Part shown: piece by piece, positions 55,051 to 64,000 of the stretch
Position numbering within the stretch: the first letter of the stretch is position 1
Layout of the letters: each line of letters starts with the position of its first letter
From: Podarcis liolepis
Taxonomy: Eukaryota
Reading direction: 5' to 3' (one strand)
DNA length: 64,000 bases
Assembly (NCBI GenBank): GCA_965112155.1
Contig: OZ218099.1
The notes under the pieces: generated by a model
Database searches by the model: none
The model's input: the letters and a program-made list of their open reading frames with translations, nothing else
What the model was told of the DNA's origin: nothing
Program-made: the position numbers and the translations under genes

Positions 55051-55764
55051 TGAAAGGGACTTCAGAAATACCGACCAGGAATGTAAAAATCAGGCAGCAA
55101 AGTTTCTTAAAGAAAAAGTTTTTTTTATTTGGATTTTTTGTCCGACAAAAAGCAAATAGGGTGCATTCAGGAAAATGAAGAATGCCCACCCCTCCTTGGG
55201 GGTAGCTAACTCATATACCTTCTTGCAAAGCATAGTTCAGCCCCTTGGCATCCCTTTAGCCAATGATTGACAATTTCCTATGGTCATTGATGCATATTCA
55301 TTAAAGCTCAACCAATGAATAAATTGGTGTGTCCTTTTCGGTTCCAAGTTGCCTATTCCACTAGGTGGCGCTACTGGCTTATAATCTACTTAACCTCTGT
55401 ACTACTTCCAGGAAGTACCCCTGACCACATGCTTCCTAGAAATGTGCCGAAGCGAGTCGTGTGGTTTAGCACCTGGAGCCTGGCGGTCAGCAAACATCCT
55501 GCTACTTGCCTTTGTCAGGGGTCGTTTCTCAGAAATGGCTTAACCTCAGGTGCAAGCTACCCTAACCGCATCCTTGCAAGCTAGCTGCCTCTACAGAAGG
55601 TGCAAAGTGGTAAACAGGAGAAAGAGAAATAGTCTTTAGCTTGCTAAAATGACTTTATGCTTTTAGCTTCTAGTTTGCTCTCAAAATGGTGTCAGAGGTT
55701 CTTAAATGGCTTTAGAGGTCCTTAGCCTGGCTCTCCATTGGTCATCCTGACCTTCACCCCTCCA
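55051..55764 (-). repeat. 3' LTR of the ERV
   Basis: Preceded on the minus strand by the PPT; AATAAA at 55124-55129 (minus); the ORF track gives the same 89-aa translation in both LTRs. Confidence 0.96.
55358..55373 (+). promoter_or_regulatory. CTCF core motif in the 3' LTR
   Basis: CCACTAGGTGGCGCTA fits the CCASYAGRKGGCRS consensus. Confidence 0.6.
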
Positions 55765-55777
55765 TTCCCCCCTTTCC
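55765..55777 (-). promoter_or_regulatory. Polypurine tract
   Basis: Minus strand GGAAAGGGGGGAA directly before the TG of the 3' LTR. Confidence 0.92.
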
Positions 55778-55779
55778 AT

Positions 55780-56091
55780 CACGAAAATGCTGACCGGCAC
55801 GGTTCTCCATTTTCGCTTGATGGACCTATAGGTACAATATCATAGAGAGCCAGGAAATGTACACTCCTGTGGATACACTGGCCTTCCTCTATGACCCTGT
55901 CAAGTCTTCAAATATGGTGCTGGGGAACCACGTAGGTGGTATTCAGAATCTTGACCTCGCACGCATACCCAGCACTCAGACCTGTTCAGGCTCTTGGCCA
56001 CAGCCGTGGTCATGTTCAGGAAGGTGTTCTCCCTCCACCCGGTGGCCATCTGAGAGGTGAGAACCATCAGGAGGCAGGGTATGATCCACAT
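55780..56091 (-). pseudogene. env: Env stub: signal peptide and SU N-terminus with CWVC; remainder largely deleted
   Basis: MWIIPCLLMVLTSQMATGWRENTFLNMTTAVAKSLNRSECWVC: hydrophobic leader, N-glycosylation sequons, gamma-type CxxC (55963-55974); only ~190 nt remain before the PPT. Confidence 0.82.
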
Positions 56092-56600
56092 CCTGATTCG
56101 AGGGATGTTCGGTGCCCCAGAACAAAGAACTGTACCACCAACACAGAAATACCACAAAAAGGGTACTACCACAGGCCAAAGGGATGGTGGCCCACGAAGG
56201 CCAGGTCATGTGGGCCTCTAACTCCTGGCCCTACTGAGGCGTGAACAGCGTCTACACACAAAACGTTCCCACTCTACACAGGGAAAAGTGGCCTTCTGGG
56301 ACTGATACACTGTTAGGCCTCGGGAGCTATAGGGATGACAATAGACTCTGTAAAGTTCAAAGGCTGGTCCTACTGGGTAGCGGTCACCTACGTGGTCTCT
56401 GACCAGGGTCTATGGAGGCTGAAGCCTGGGGTGGCAACCCTTATGCAGCCACAAGAATACCCTACCACATTCAAGGGTATTATGTGTGGAGTTACCAGGC
56501 CCAGTAGTTCAGGCAGTATTCTGGGATTTTTTGGGAGGCTCGAGCCACCACGACAACCACAGGTGGGGCTGCAGGATTTACTGGCACTTGTTCAGCAATT

Positions 56601-57023
56601 TCAATGCGCACCTGGTTCAGGCTCCCTCCCCTGCAATATTTGCATTAAGATAGGCTCCGTCCCATGCAACACCTGGATTAAGATTAGGACCTGGTCTACC
56701 AGATGGGGTTGGTACAGTGCTCTACCCCCTGAGTGACAGTTGGTTACCCCCCCACAACAGCAAGAGCGGTCCAGAACTCGATAGATTTCAACCGTCTCTG
56801 CAACTTCCCGTAGGAGCAGTACCCATGTGCGCTGGACAGTGGTGTGGAAGAGAAGCCACAGTGGGGTAGTGGGATGTTTCAATACGGCAACCTCATCAAA
56901 GCCCTGTTCCCAATAACCAATGAGAACGCCGTTTCTTACCACTGGCAAGACGAACCAGTCGTAGCAGAGGTCCGCAGGCCAATAGGGTCGGTATGGCTCG
57001 GTGGGGTCAGGGCAATAGGACAT
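56601..57023 (-). CDS. Putative 140-aa accessory ORF between pol and env, function unknown
   Basis: Open frame from ATG 57023 (MSYCPDPTEPYRPYWPADLCYDWFVLPVVRNG...YRVLDRSCCCGGVTNC...) within a ~1-kb pol-env interval. Confidence 0.45.
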   Translation of the reverse strand: MSYCPDPTEPYRPYWPADLCYDWFVLPVVRNGVLIGYWEQGFDEVAVLKHPTTPLWLLFHTTVQRTWVLLLREVAETVEIYRVLDRSCCCGGVTNCHSGGRALYQPHLVDQVLILIQVLHGTEPILMQILQGREPEPGAH

Positions 57024-57088
57024 AGAGCAAATCAATACAGAACATAATAGAGAAAAGGGGAAAGTCCTTGTGAAAGTCCTTGTGATGA

Positions 57089-58345
57089 TCAGTCGCAGGA
57101 TCTCGTTGCCCGTGGCCCCAACGCACTCCCGGTGGCGTCGGACGCAGGGGTGATGATCAGACGCGTGTGATGCACCCAGGGAATCACGTCGGCTACTCTC
57201 ACCGCAGTTGGGATGGAGAGGAGGACGGTATACGGGCCTCGCCACTTAGGGATGAGGGGGTTGCGCTTCCACGCTGTCACCCGGCTGGAACTGGTGGACC
57301 GGCTCAGCGAGACTGCACGGTGTAGGCTCGAGGTAGTACCTGGAAAGGGAAGCAAACACACACGGGGACAGGAATTGCACTTGTTCCTGAGTGATGTGAT
57401 CTCCCACCCGCCCCAAACTGGCGGGGATGTCTCGGACGAAAGGGGTGGCCTGCCATACAAAAGTTCAAAGGGTGATAGTCTCAGTCTCTTGGTTGGAGCG
57501 CTCCGAATCCGAAACAAGGCAATGGGCAGGACATCTATCCAGTGTAGTCCCGACTCCTGGGTCAGCTTGGCCAAGTGGGTCTTCAAGGTGCGATTCATAC
57601 ACTCAGGTTTTCCCGAACTCTGGGGTCTGTAGGCTGCGTGTAGCCTTCAGTTTATCTGCACCGCCTTGCACACTTCTTGCACAACTTTATCAATGAAGGC
57701 AGGGCCACTGTCACTGCCAATACTTCTGGGGAGGCCACTGTCCAACCCGTCAGGGTGCAGACAAACACAAGCAGGTATTTGATGCCCCTAACTGGAGGTA
57801 GTTCAGTGAAGTCCACAATCAGGCTTTCCATAGGGGTGAAGCCCACGTGTTGTACGCCCGGTGGAGGGAGGTGGCCTTGTCTGGGGGTGTTCTTGGCGCA
57901 CAGGACACACTTTTGTGAGATAGCAGCAATTAGTTGGGATAGGTTGGGGATGTAGAGTATTCTCCCAAGGTGTGCTTTAGCAGCTGGGCTTCCTATGTGA
58001 GTAGACTCGTGGTAGTTCTTTACAATCACGCTGGCTAGATGCTGGGGCACAAAAACACGGTTGTCTGGTAGATGGAACCATCCCTCCTGGAGTGTTGCAC
58101 CTTCCTGGCGTGCCCACTGTTGCTCCTCCGGTGTGTAGTGTGGTTCCACATCGTCTGGAGTGAGTTGTGGGATGAGGGCTGCGTTGAGTGCTGGTGGAGG
58201 TTTCAAAGCTGCTTCACGAGCTGCGTTGTCTGCCTTCCGGTTGCCCCTAGTGACCATGTCCCGGCCTCTCCGATGGCCTTTGCAGTGCATCACGGCAATC
58301 TCTTCGGGACCCCATACTGCTTCCAGTAACGTCTCAACTTCTGGA
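57089..58345 (-). pseudogene. pol: Pol remnant: RNase H C-terminus and integrase (deletion, frameshift, stop)
   Basis: AVMHCKGH...GNRKADNAAREAA; HESTH...CVLC zinc finger; IVDFTE, YLLVFVCTLTGW, SDSGPAF, YRPQSSG..E.MNRTLK, SPFELLYGRPP, PKWRGPYTVLL..PTAVRV...PWVHHTRL. Confidence 0.95.
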
Positions 58346-58905
58346 CATTAGCCTTGCATCCAGTTGCCAATTGCAGGGCAATGCCTTTTGCTGTTGGACT
58401 TCGCCTCAGAGCACAAACAACTCTTGGAGACTTTGGCTTTCTTAGACCTCTTGGAACGGCTTGCCTGGCTTGCACCCCCACTTCTGGGTGCTCTGCTGCC
58501 TGAGGAACAACTTGTAACTGCCTTCCTCTTCAGCCCACAGTCCATCACACAGATTTATTGAAGCGTAGAAACAGCTTCCCAAAACAGCCTCAGCCCCCTC
58601 TGGGCTTGGTACTTTTTCTGGGCATCCTCTAGCCCCCTCTGGGCTTTCTGGGCGTCCCACAGCCCCTTCTGGGCTTCCAGCCCCCTCTGGTCTGGCTGCC
58701 ACTGTGGCCTGACATGCTGTCTTCAGTGGCTGCCACGCTACCCAGGGCTTCCTCCCTTGGAGTATTGGCAACAGCCAAGAATCAAGGCTGGTCCTTAAAA
58801 TGGCTAGGACCCTTTGGTCTCTCTAGACCATCAGGCACGTCTGCTTCACAAGCTTCCACTGCGCCTGCAGACTTCTCAATGGGTTGGGCAAAGCCTGTTT
58901 CAGTC
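58345..58905 (-). other. Second non-viral insert replacing most of RNase H
   Basis: No Pol motifs between MEYKG(YTD) and EVETLLEAVWGPEEIAVMHCKGH; four copies of AGCCCC(C/T)TCTGG (58592-58692); low-complexity PEGA-repeat and K/R/S-rich translations. Confidence 0.65.
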
Positions 58906-58909
58906 TGTG

Positions 58910-59191
58910 TACCCCTTATATTCCATAAGGGTGAGAACCGAATGGGGCACATTCACATGCATCTCCTGGCCAAACATGAACTTGTCTGCTTCTTCCACTA
59001 GTGTGGCGGTGGCAGTGACAGGCCACAGACAGGGTGGCCAGCCTTTCACTGTGGAATCTAATTGTTTGATAGTCTCAAAGGCTTCTTGTTGGGCCGGTCC
59101 CCACTCAAAGGGGTCTCTTTCCCTTCCTCTGGTACTCTCATTTAGAGGTTTTGCTAAAATACTGAGGCCCGGGATCAGGATTCTGCAAAGG
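58910..59191 (-). pseudogene. pol: Pol remnant: RT C-terminus / connection domain with an internal deletion
   Basis: CRILIPGLSILAKPLNE...FEWGPAQQEAFETIK | QLDSTVKGWPPCL...LVEEADKFMFGQ...VPHSV, typical of gamma-type RT thumb/connection. Confidence 0.9.
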
Positions 59192-60260
59192 CTGCTGCTC
59201 CACAACTTTAAGCTTGTCTTTTAGGGATATCACAATCTCTGCCTTTTATTGCAGTGACCTTTTGACAATTTATAGATGGTCAGTATGTTCAGCAAGTTGT
59301 CTGGATAAATTAGCTAAATCTTCATCCCTTCTTTTGCATTTTGTAAAGTGAGCTGGTTGTGTGAATCTTTCACTGATTTCAGCTCGTTCACAAAACTTTG
59401 TTCTCTGTTTTTCTTTTAATTTTAGTAACTTGTTCAATTTCTCCTTTGCAGAGATATGTTCATCGACCTGGGATTTAAGATGGTCTGTTCCTCCTTACAT
59501 TCTATTTCTGTTTCTTGCAATTTTTTAGTTGATATACTTATTTGTTCTTTAAGCAATTTAATTTGTGAGTCACACTCCATGAGTTTGTTGTTGTAAGTAA
59601 CATCACAAGTATTGATTGCAGAATGAAGATCTTTAACTGTTTGGCTAGTCTCTTTGATTTGCCTAACAAATTCTTCATTCTCTTTTGTTTTACTAGCGTT
59701 TTCAATTTTTTTTTTCCTCAGCCAGTTCTGATTTTATTGCATTTAACTGCTCAGAAAGTTCTGAAAGCTTTCTGCCTCCACTGTTCACACCTTTGGTTTG
59801 TACATCTTTCAGCAACTGGACTTCCCTTTCAGCCTTAGACAACACTATTTCCCTGTCTTGCATTTCATCCTCTTTGCACTTGATCTGACATTTCAGAATA
59901 TTAATCTGCTCAGAATACACATTTGTATTTGAAATAATAGCAGAAATTTCTTTGTCTTTCTCAGCTAAAACCTCTCTGAGGTTGTCAAATTCTCTTCCAT
60001 GCCTCTGGAGGTCTTGAATTAGTTGAGACCTCTCTTCTAAATGACTTGTGTTTAATCTATTAAGTCCTTCATTTGTCTGTTCAAGATCCTGTTACATTAA
60101 TTCTATAATAGCATCCTATTTCATGGTCTTTTCTCAAAAGTTTATTTATTTTTTCCTCTGTTAATGCAGTAATAACTGCTTACTGTTCTGTACACTCTTC
60201 TCCATAAACACTGCACTTCTTCTGGACATCTTCCCTCTCCAAAACCTGACATGAGGGAGT
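59192..60260 (-). pseudogene. Non-viral, decayed coiled-coil coding segment inside the ERV (golgin/GOLGB1-like, probably captured host sequence)
   Basis: E/K/Q/L-rich heptad-like translation across stops and frameshifts: QDLEQTNEGLNRLNTSHLEERSQLIQDLQRHGREFDNLREVLAEKDKEISAIISNTNVYSEQINILKCQIKCKEDEMQ...KENEEFVRQIKE...YNNKLMECDSQIKLLKEQIS...DEDLANLSRQLAEH...SLKDKLKVVEQQ; no retroviral motif; visibly AT-richer than the flanking viral DNA. The GOLGB1 identity is from recall only. Confidence 0.75.
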
Positions 60261-60469
60261 GACTTTGCAATGTTCAGTCCTGCATTTCTTCAACCAGGGG
60301 GGGGGGTCTCTATTACCACATTCAGCCAGTAGTCTATATAGGGAATCTGGTCAGAATGTCCCCCCTGGTCTATGCCATAGTCTCCACTGAATCCTTTCTT
60401 GAAGTTGTTTAACATGCATTGAAGGGGGATTACTGGACCTTTCAAGCCTTTCGAGCCTCCCCCTCCCAT
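60260..60469 (-). pseudogene. gag: Gag matrix remnant (internally deleted, frameshift in a C10 run)
   Basis: MGGGGSK (myristoylation-type start) ...PLQCMLNNFKKGFSGDYG ... GHSDQIPYIDYW ... PPP/WLKKC; gammaretroviral MA motifs (GHPDQVPYIxxW, PPPW). Confidence 0.88.
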
Positions 60470-61019
60470 TTTCAGTATGACCCTGTACAGCGTCCCCACA
60501 CCAAACACTCACACATTCATTTCGCAAGGAATACTTATTACTACGACCCCAGGGGAATGCCCTGGGTTAACACACATACATGCACAAAATGCCTCTCTCG
60601 CCAGACGTTGTACCATACACTAACCACCCTGTGCCCCCCTTTCTCTCCTTCCTAATACCAAAACGTGGGTGGTTGTCAGGGGTCAACCCTTCTCCTTAAT
60701 GCCACTATCCACGCTGGAGATGTGATCAGGATCTCCCTTCTCCTTAATTAAAAGGAGGATTTACTATGTCCTCAGGGCTTGTTGCCATGTACTCACCCCA
60801 GCCGGCTGTTCTCTGCCCTGTCCTCCCAACCTCGGGTCTTCAAATCCGTTGTCCTCTGTCCCAGGATACAGCAAGAGGGTCAAGTTGCCTTCTGTCCCCC
60901 TCCGAAGAAAAGGTTCGGTGTGCACCTGGAAGCCAGGAAGTCCGTTGGCCCTCCGCTGTCACTGCCCAGAGGGCAAGGGAGCTGCCTCCTGGTCTCTGAG
61001 GACACTTAAAGTCCTTCTG

Positions 61020-61041
61020 ATCCGAGTCACTTTTGGCACCA
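61020..61041 (-). promoter_or_regulatory. Primer-binding site, tRNA-His type with an AAAA insertion
   Basis: Minus strand TGGTGCC-AAAA-GTGACTCGGAT, 4 nt after the 5' LTR; the canonical His PBS is TGGTGCCGTGACTCGGAT. Confidence 0.85.
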
Positions 61042-61045
61042 GAAA

Positions 61046-61759
61046 TGAAAGGGACTTCAGAAATACCGACCAGGAATGTAAAAATCAGGCAGCAAAGTTT
61101 CTTAAAGAAAAAGTTTTTTTTATTTGGATTTTTTGTCCGACAAAAAGCAAATAGGGTGCATTCAGGAAAATGAAGAATGCCCACCCCTCCTTGGGGGTAG
61201 CTAACTCATATACCTTCTTGCAAAGCATAGTTCAGCCCCTTGGCATCCCTTTAGCCAATGATTGACAATTTCCTATGGTCATTGATGCATATTCATTAAA
61301 GCTCAACCAATGAATAAATTGGTGTGTCCTTTTCGGTTCCAAGTTGCCTATTCCACTAGGTGGCGCTACTGGCTTATAATCTACTTAACCTCTGTACTAC
61401 TTCCAGGAAGTACCCCTGACCACATGCTTCCTAGAAATGTGCCGAAGCGAGTCGTGTGGTTTAGCACCTGGAGCCTGGCGGTCAGCAAACATCCTGCTAC
61501 TTGCCTTTGTCAGGGGTCGTTTCTCAGAAATGGCTTAACCTCAGGTGCAAGCTACCCTAACCGCATCCTTGCAAGCTAGCTGCCTCTACAGAAGGTGCAA
61601 AGTGGTAAACAGGAGAAAGAGAAATAGTCTTTAGCTTGCTAAAATGACTTTATGCTTTTAGCTTCTAGTTTGCTCTCAAAATGGTGTCAGAGGTTCTTAA
61701 ATGGCTTTAGAGGTCCTTAGCCTGGCTCTCCATTGGTCATCCTGACCTTCACCCCTCCA
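61046..61759 (-). repeat. 5' LTR of the ERV
   Basis: Minus strand starts TGGAGGGG and ends ...CCCTTTCA, followed by the PBS; matches 55051-55764 at an offset of 5995. Confidence 0.96.
61353..61368 (+). promoter_or_regulatory. CTCF core motif in the 5' LTR
   Basis: Identical CCACTAGGTGGCGCTA. Confidence 0.6.
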
Positions 61760-62711
61760 ACTGCATTGTTTGGCTGAGGCCTGGGTGAAATGATCATGCC
61801 CCGTAGGCAAAGGGAAAGATTCACTGCATTTATACCCCTCCAAAGGAGCCATCTAAGCATGGTGTACATTGTGAAATATGTGGTGTTTATACTGAACTGG
61901 GCTTAATGGTGGCTAATGAAGGCTGTTAGCTTTCAGTTTCATAGACACAAGATGGAACCTACATCCTAGGTTTGTTAGTTATCCCCTTGGTTCCCAAGCA
62001 GGGGGTGGAGGGGGATCCTCATTCCTGGGTCTGGAAAGCTGTCATCCAAAAGCCTGGTCTACCTAATAGGGTTGTTGTTGAACTAAAGTTGCTCATAGGG
62101 AAGATGGAATACTGATATCTTAAATAAATGGCAGTTCCTTTTGGGGAAAGATGAATAAATGCAACCGCAGGCCCAGTATCTGATTATAATTGCCATGTTT
62201 ACTTCCCTTGCATCCCACTAAATCTCCTGCTGGAGATTCTATGTCAGACAATATGGAGGTGATGTTATGGCATCAGAAAGTATGAAAAGGCTTCAGAAGA
62301 CTCTTTGGCTTCTTTCCCTTGGACTGCTTTGAAATAACTAAAAGCTTCTGGAACAAAAGTGCAATTTGGGGGAGATTATGGGCATTTGCCTGTCCAAGCC
62401 TTCATTAACAAACCTTATTACAGGCATTTCTCTCCATGTCGGCTTTCATCTTCCACACGCTAATTTTTTTTTCCCCTCTTTCACATGGAGAACAATCTTC
62501 TCTGCTGAAAATGTGATGTTAGATTTGGAAGAATGGGAAGTGCTAGCCGGTATTGGCTGGTATATCAAGCCAACGGAGACCGGTATTGGGATCTAGGAAT
62601 GCATTAAAGACTTCACCACTGGCTCCACTCTTCAAGAGATCATAGCCCAGCTTCTTGATGGGTTTTTACTTTAAGTCAACCAATCAAAAAGCTGTTTCAC
62701 CTTCCCTACTT

Positions 62712-62950
62712 TCCAGCTTGGTGTAGTGGTTAAGAGCGGTGGACTCGTAATCTGGTGAACCGGGTTCACTTCCCTGCTCCTCCACAAGCAGCTGCACAAG
62801 ACTTTCTCTGAAGTCTCTCAGCCTCACTCACCTCACAGAGTGTTTGTTGTGGGGGAGGAAGGGAAAGGAGATTGTTAGCCACTTCAAGACTCCTTAAGGG
62901 GAGTGAAAGGGAGGATATCAAGTCCAAACTCCTCCTCCTCTTCTTCTTCT
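62712..62950 (+). mobile_element. tRNA-derived SINE, Squam3-type (same family as 38115)
   Basis: TGGTGTAGTGGTTAAGAGCGGTGGACTCGTAATCTGGTGAACCGGGTTC head; same core and tail. Confidence 0.8.
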
Positions 62951-64000
62951 TTCCCTGTTGACTAATTCCAGCAGCAGAGATATGGGTATGGAGAGTGTGC
63001 GCAGAATCAGGACCACATGAGTCTGGGGGCAAGATCTTGGTATACATTGCTAACTGAGAGGGTACCTTTGAAATGTGACTACAATGAATTGTCATTGTTG
63101 AATTCTAGTCTTTTAGTCTGTTGTGCTGTTTCCTTTCTTCATTTCTCTGATGGAAGTCAGTGGAGACTGGTCCCTTAGGCCAACAAGGGCTTAGCCCTAC
63201 GAAGAGAAATTCCAGCAATCTTTTCTGAAGTGGGAAGAGAACCCCACGCATGTATGCAATAATGACATGATTGAAAGATGTCAATCATGTCCATCCCACT
63301 TGCCTCCGGGATGGGGACAGTTAATGATCAGTCCTCCAGAGACAAAAAAATAGGTGGGGGGTGGGTTCCCCACCCTACTTGAGATCATTATTGCCAGTTT
63401 AGCAAACAGTTGTGCGCAAAACATACCATACTCACTTATAAGGTAGGATCACATAACCAGTTCATAGAGGAACCTGAGTAATAGTGTACTGTAATCAGGA
63501 TCTAGGAATCTTCGTGGGCATGAATGCAACAGTAAACCTCTCTTATGGGCCCAATTTTCTAGCTTCTTCCAACTGGCACATGGTGCACCACATTGGTGCG
63601 CCAGCTCTTCATCCTATTGGTCAACTGAAATGAGCCACTTGGTTTGTTCAGTTTTTCCCTTGGGTTGTTTAGCCAGCTTGTTCAATCGTATCGCTCAATA
63701 AATTTTGATGAGCACCATGTATATGAAGTTTGCAAAATGAGAGTGCTTCATTTTTGGACCAGAGCCAAGGAAATCTTCTCTGTTCAATGGATATGATCTT
63801 CTGTGGATATTCCTTTTCAAGATGCTCCTGCCAAAGTCTTTTTCATTCATCAAGTATGTTTTGGTGTGCTCTTATTTGAAAAGGATTTCAGCCTAAACAA
63901 AGTCTAGTGCCTCATGAATGTGAGAGGAGCCTGTCGTCGTTGTTTTCAAAGCAAATGAAATGTGTAGCAATGACAGCAAAAGAAACCCATTGTGTGTGGT

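Larger units (their letters stand above)
55051..61759 (-). mobile_element. Endogenous retrovirus, class I / gammaretrovirus-like, internally deleted non-autonomous provirus (6709 bp)
   Basis: Two 714-bp direct LTRs (TG...CA); ACTG TSD at 55047-55050 and 61760-61763; PBS beside the right LTR; PPT beside the left LTR; gag-pol-env remnants in order on the minus strand. Confidence 0.97.

Noticed and set aside
55315-55584. 89-aa ORF duplicated at 61310-61579
   Set aside because: Antisense frame inside the LTR; the duplication only reflects LTR identity
63440-63900. TTATGGGCCCA resembling a Copia-type PBS, with coding-like composition nearby
   Set aside because: No adjacent LTR and no recognisable protein motif in any frame

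Overview
Vertebrate genomic DNA from a squamate reptile, most likely a lacertid lizard (Sauria/Squam1 SINEs, Squam3-type SINEs, L2, CR1 and RTE LINE fragments, Tigger-like and hAT MITEs). I recognised no host protein-coding exon, so the window looks intronic or intergenic, with several repeat-free AT-rich blocks that may be enhancers. The main feature is a 6.7-kb class I (gammaretrovirus-like) endogenous retrovirus on the minus strand (55051-61759). It has two 714-bp LTRs identical on manual comparison, a 4-bp ACTG target-site duplication, a tRNA-His-type PBS carrying a 4-nt insertion, and a PPT. Its interior is a heavily deleted mosaic: Gag matrix remnant / ~1.07-kb non-viral coiled-coil (golgin/GOLGB1-like) segment replacing CA-NC-PR-most of RT / RT-connection remnant / second ~0.55-kb non-viral insert replacing most of RNase H / integrase / 140-aa accessory ORF / env stub. 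This suggests a recently mobilised non-autonomous retrovirus carrying transduced host sequence, built like gag-onc transducing retroviruses. All family assignments come from motif recognition without database searches.
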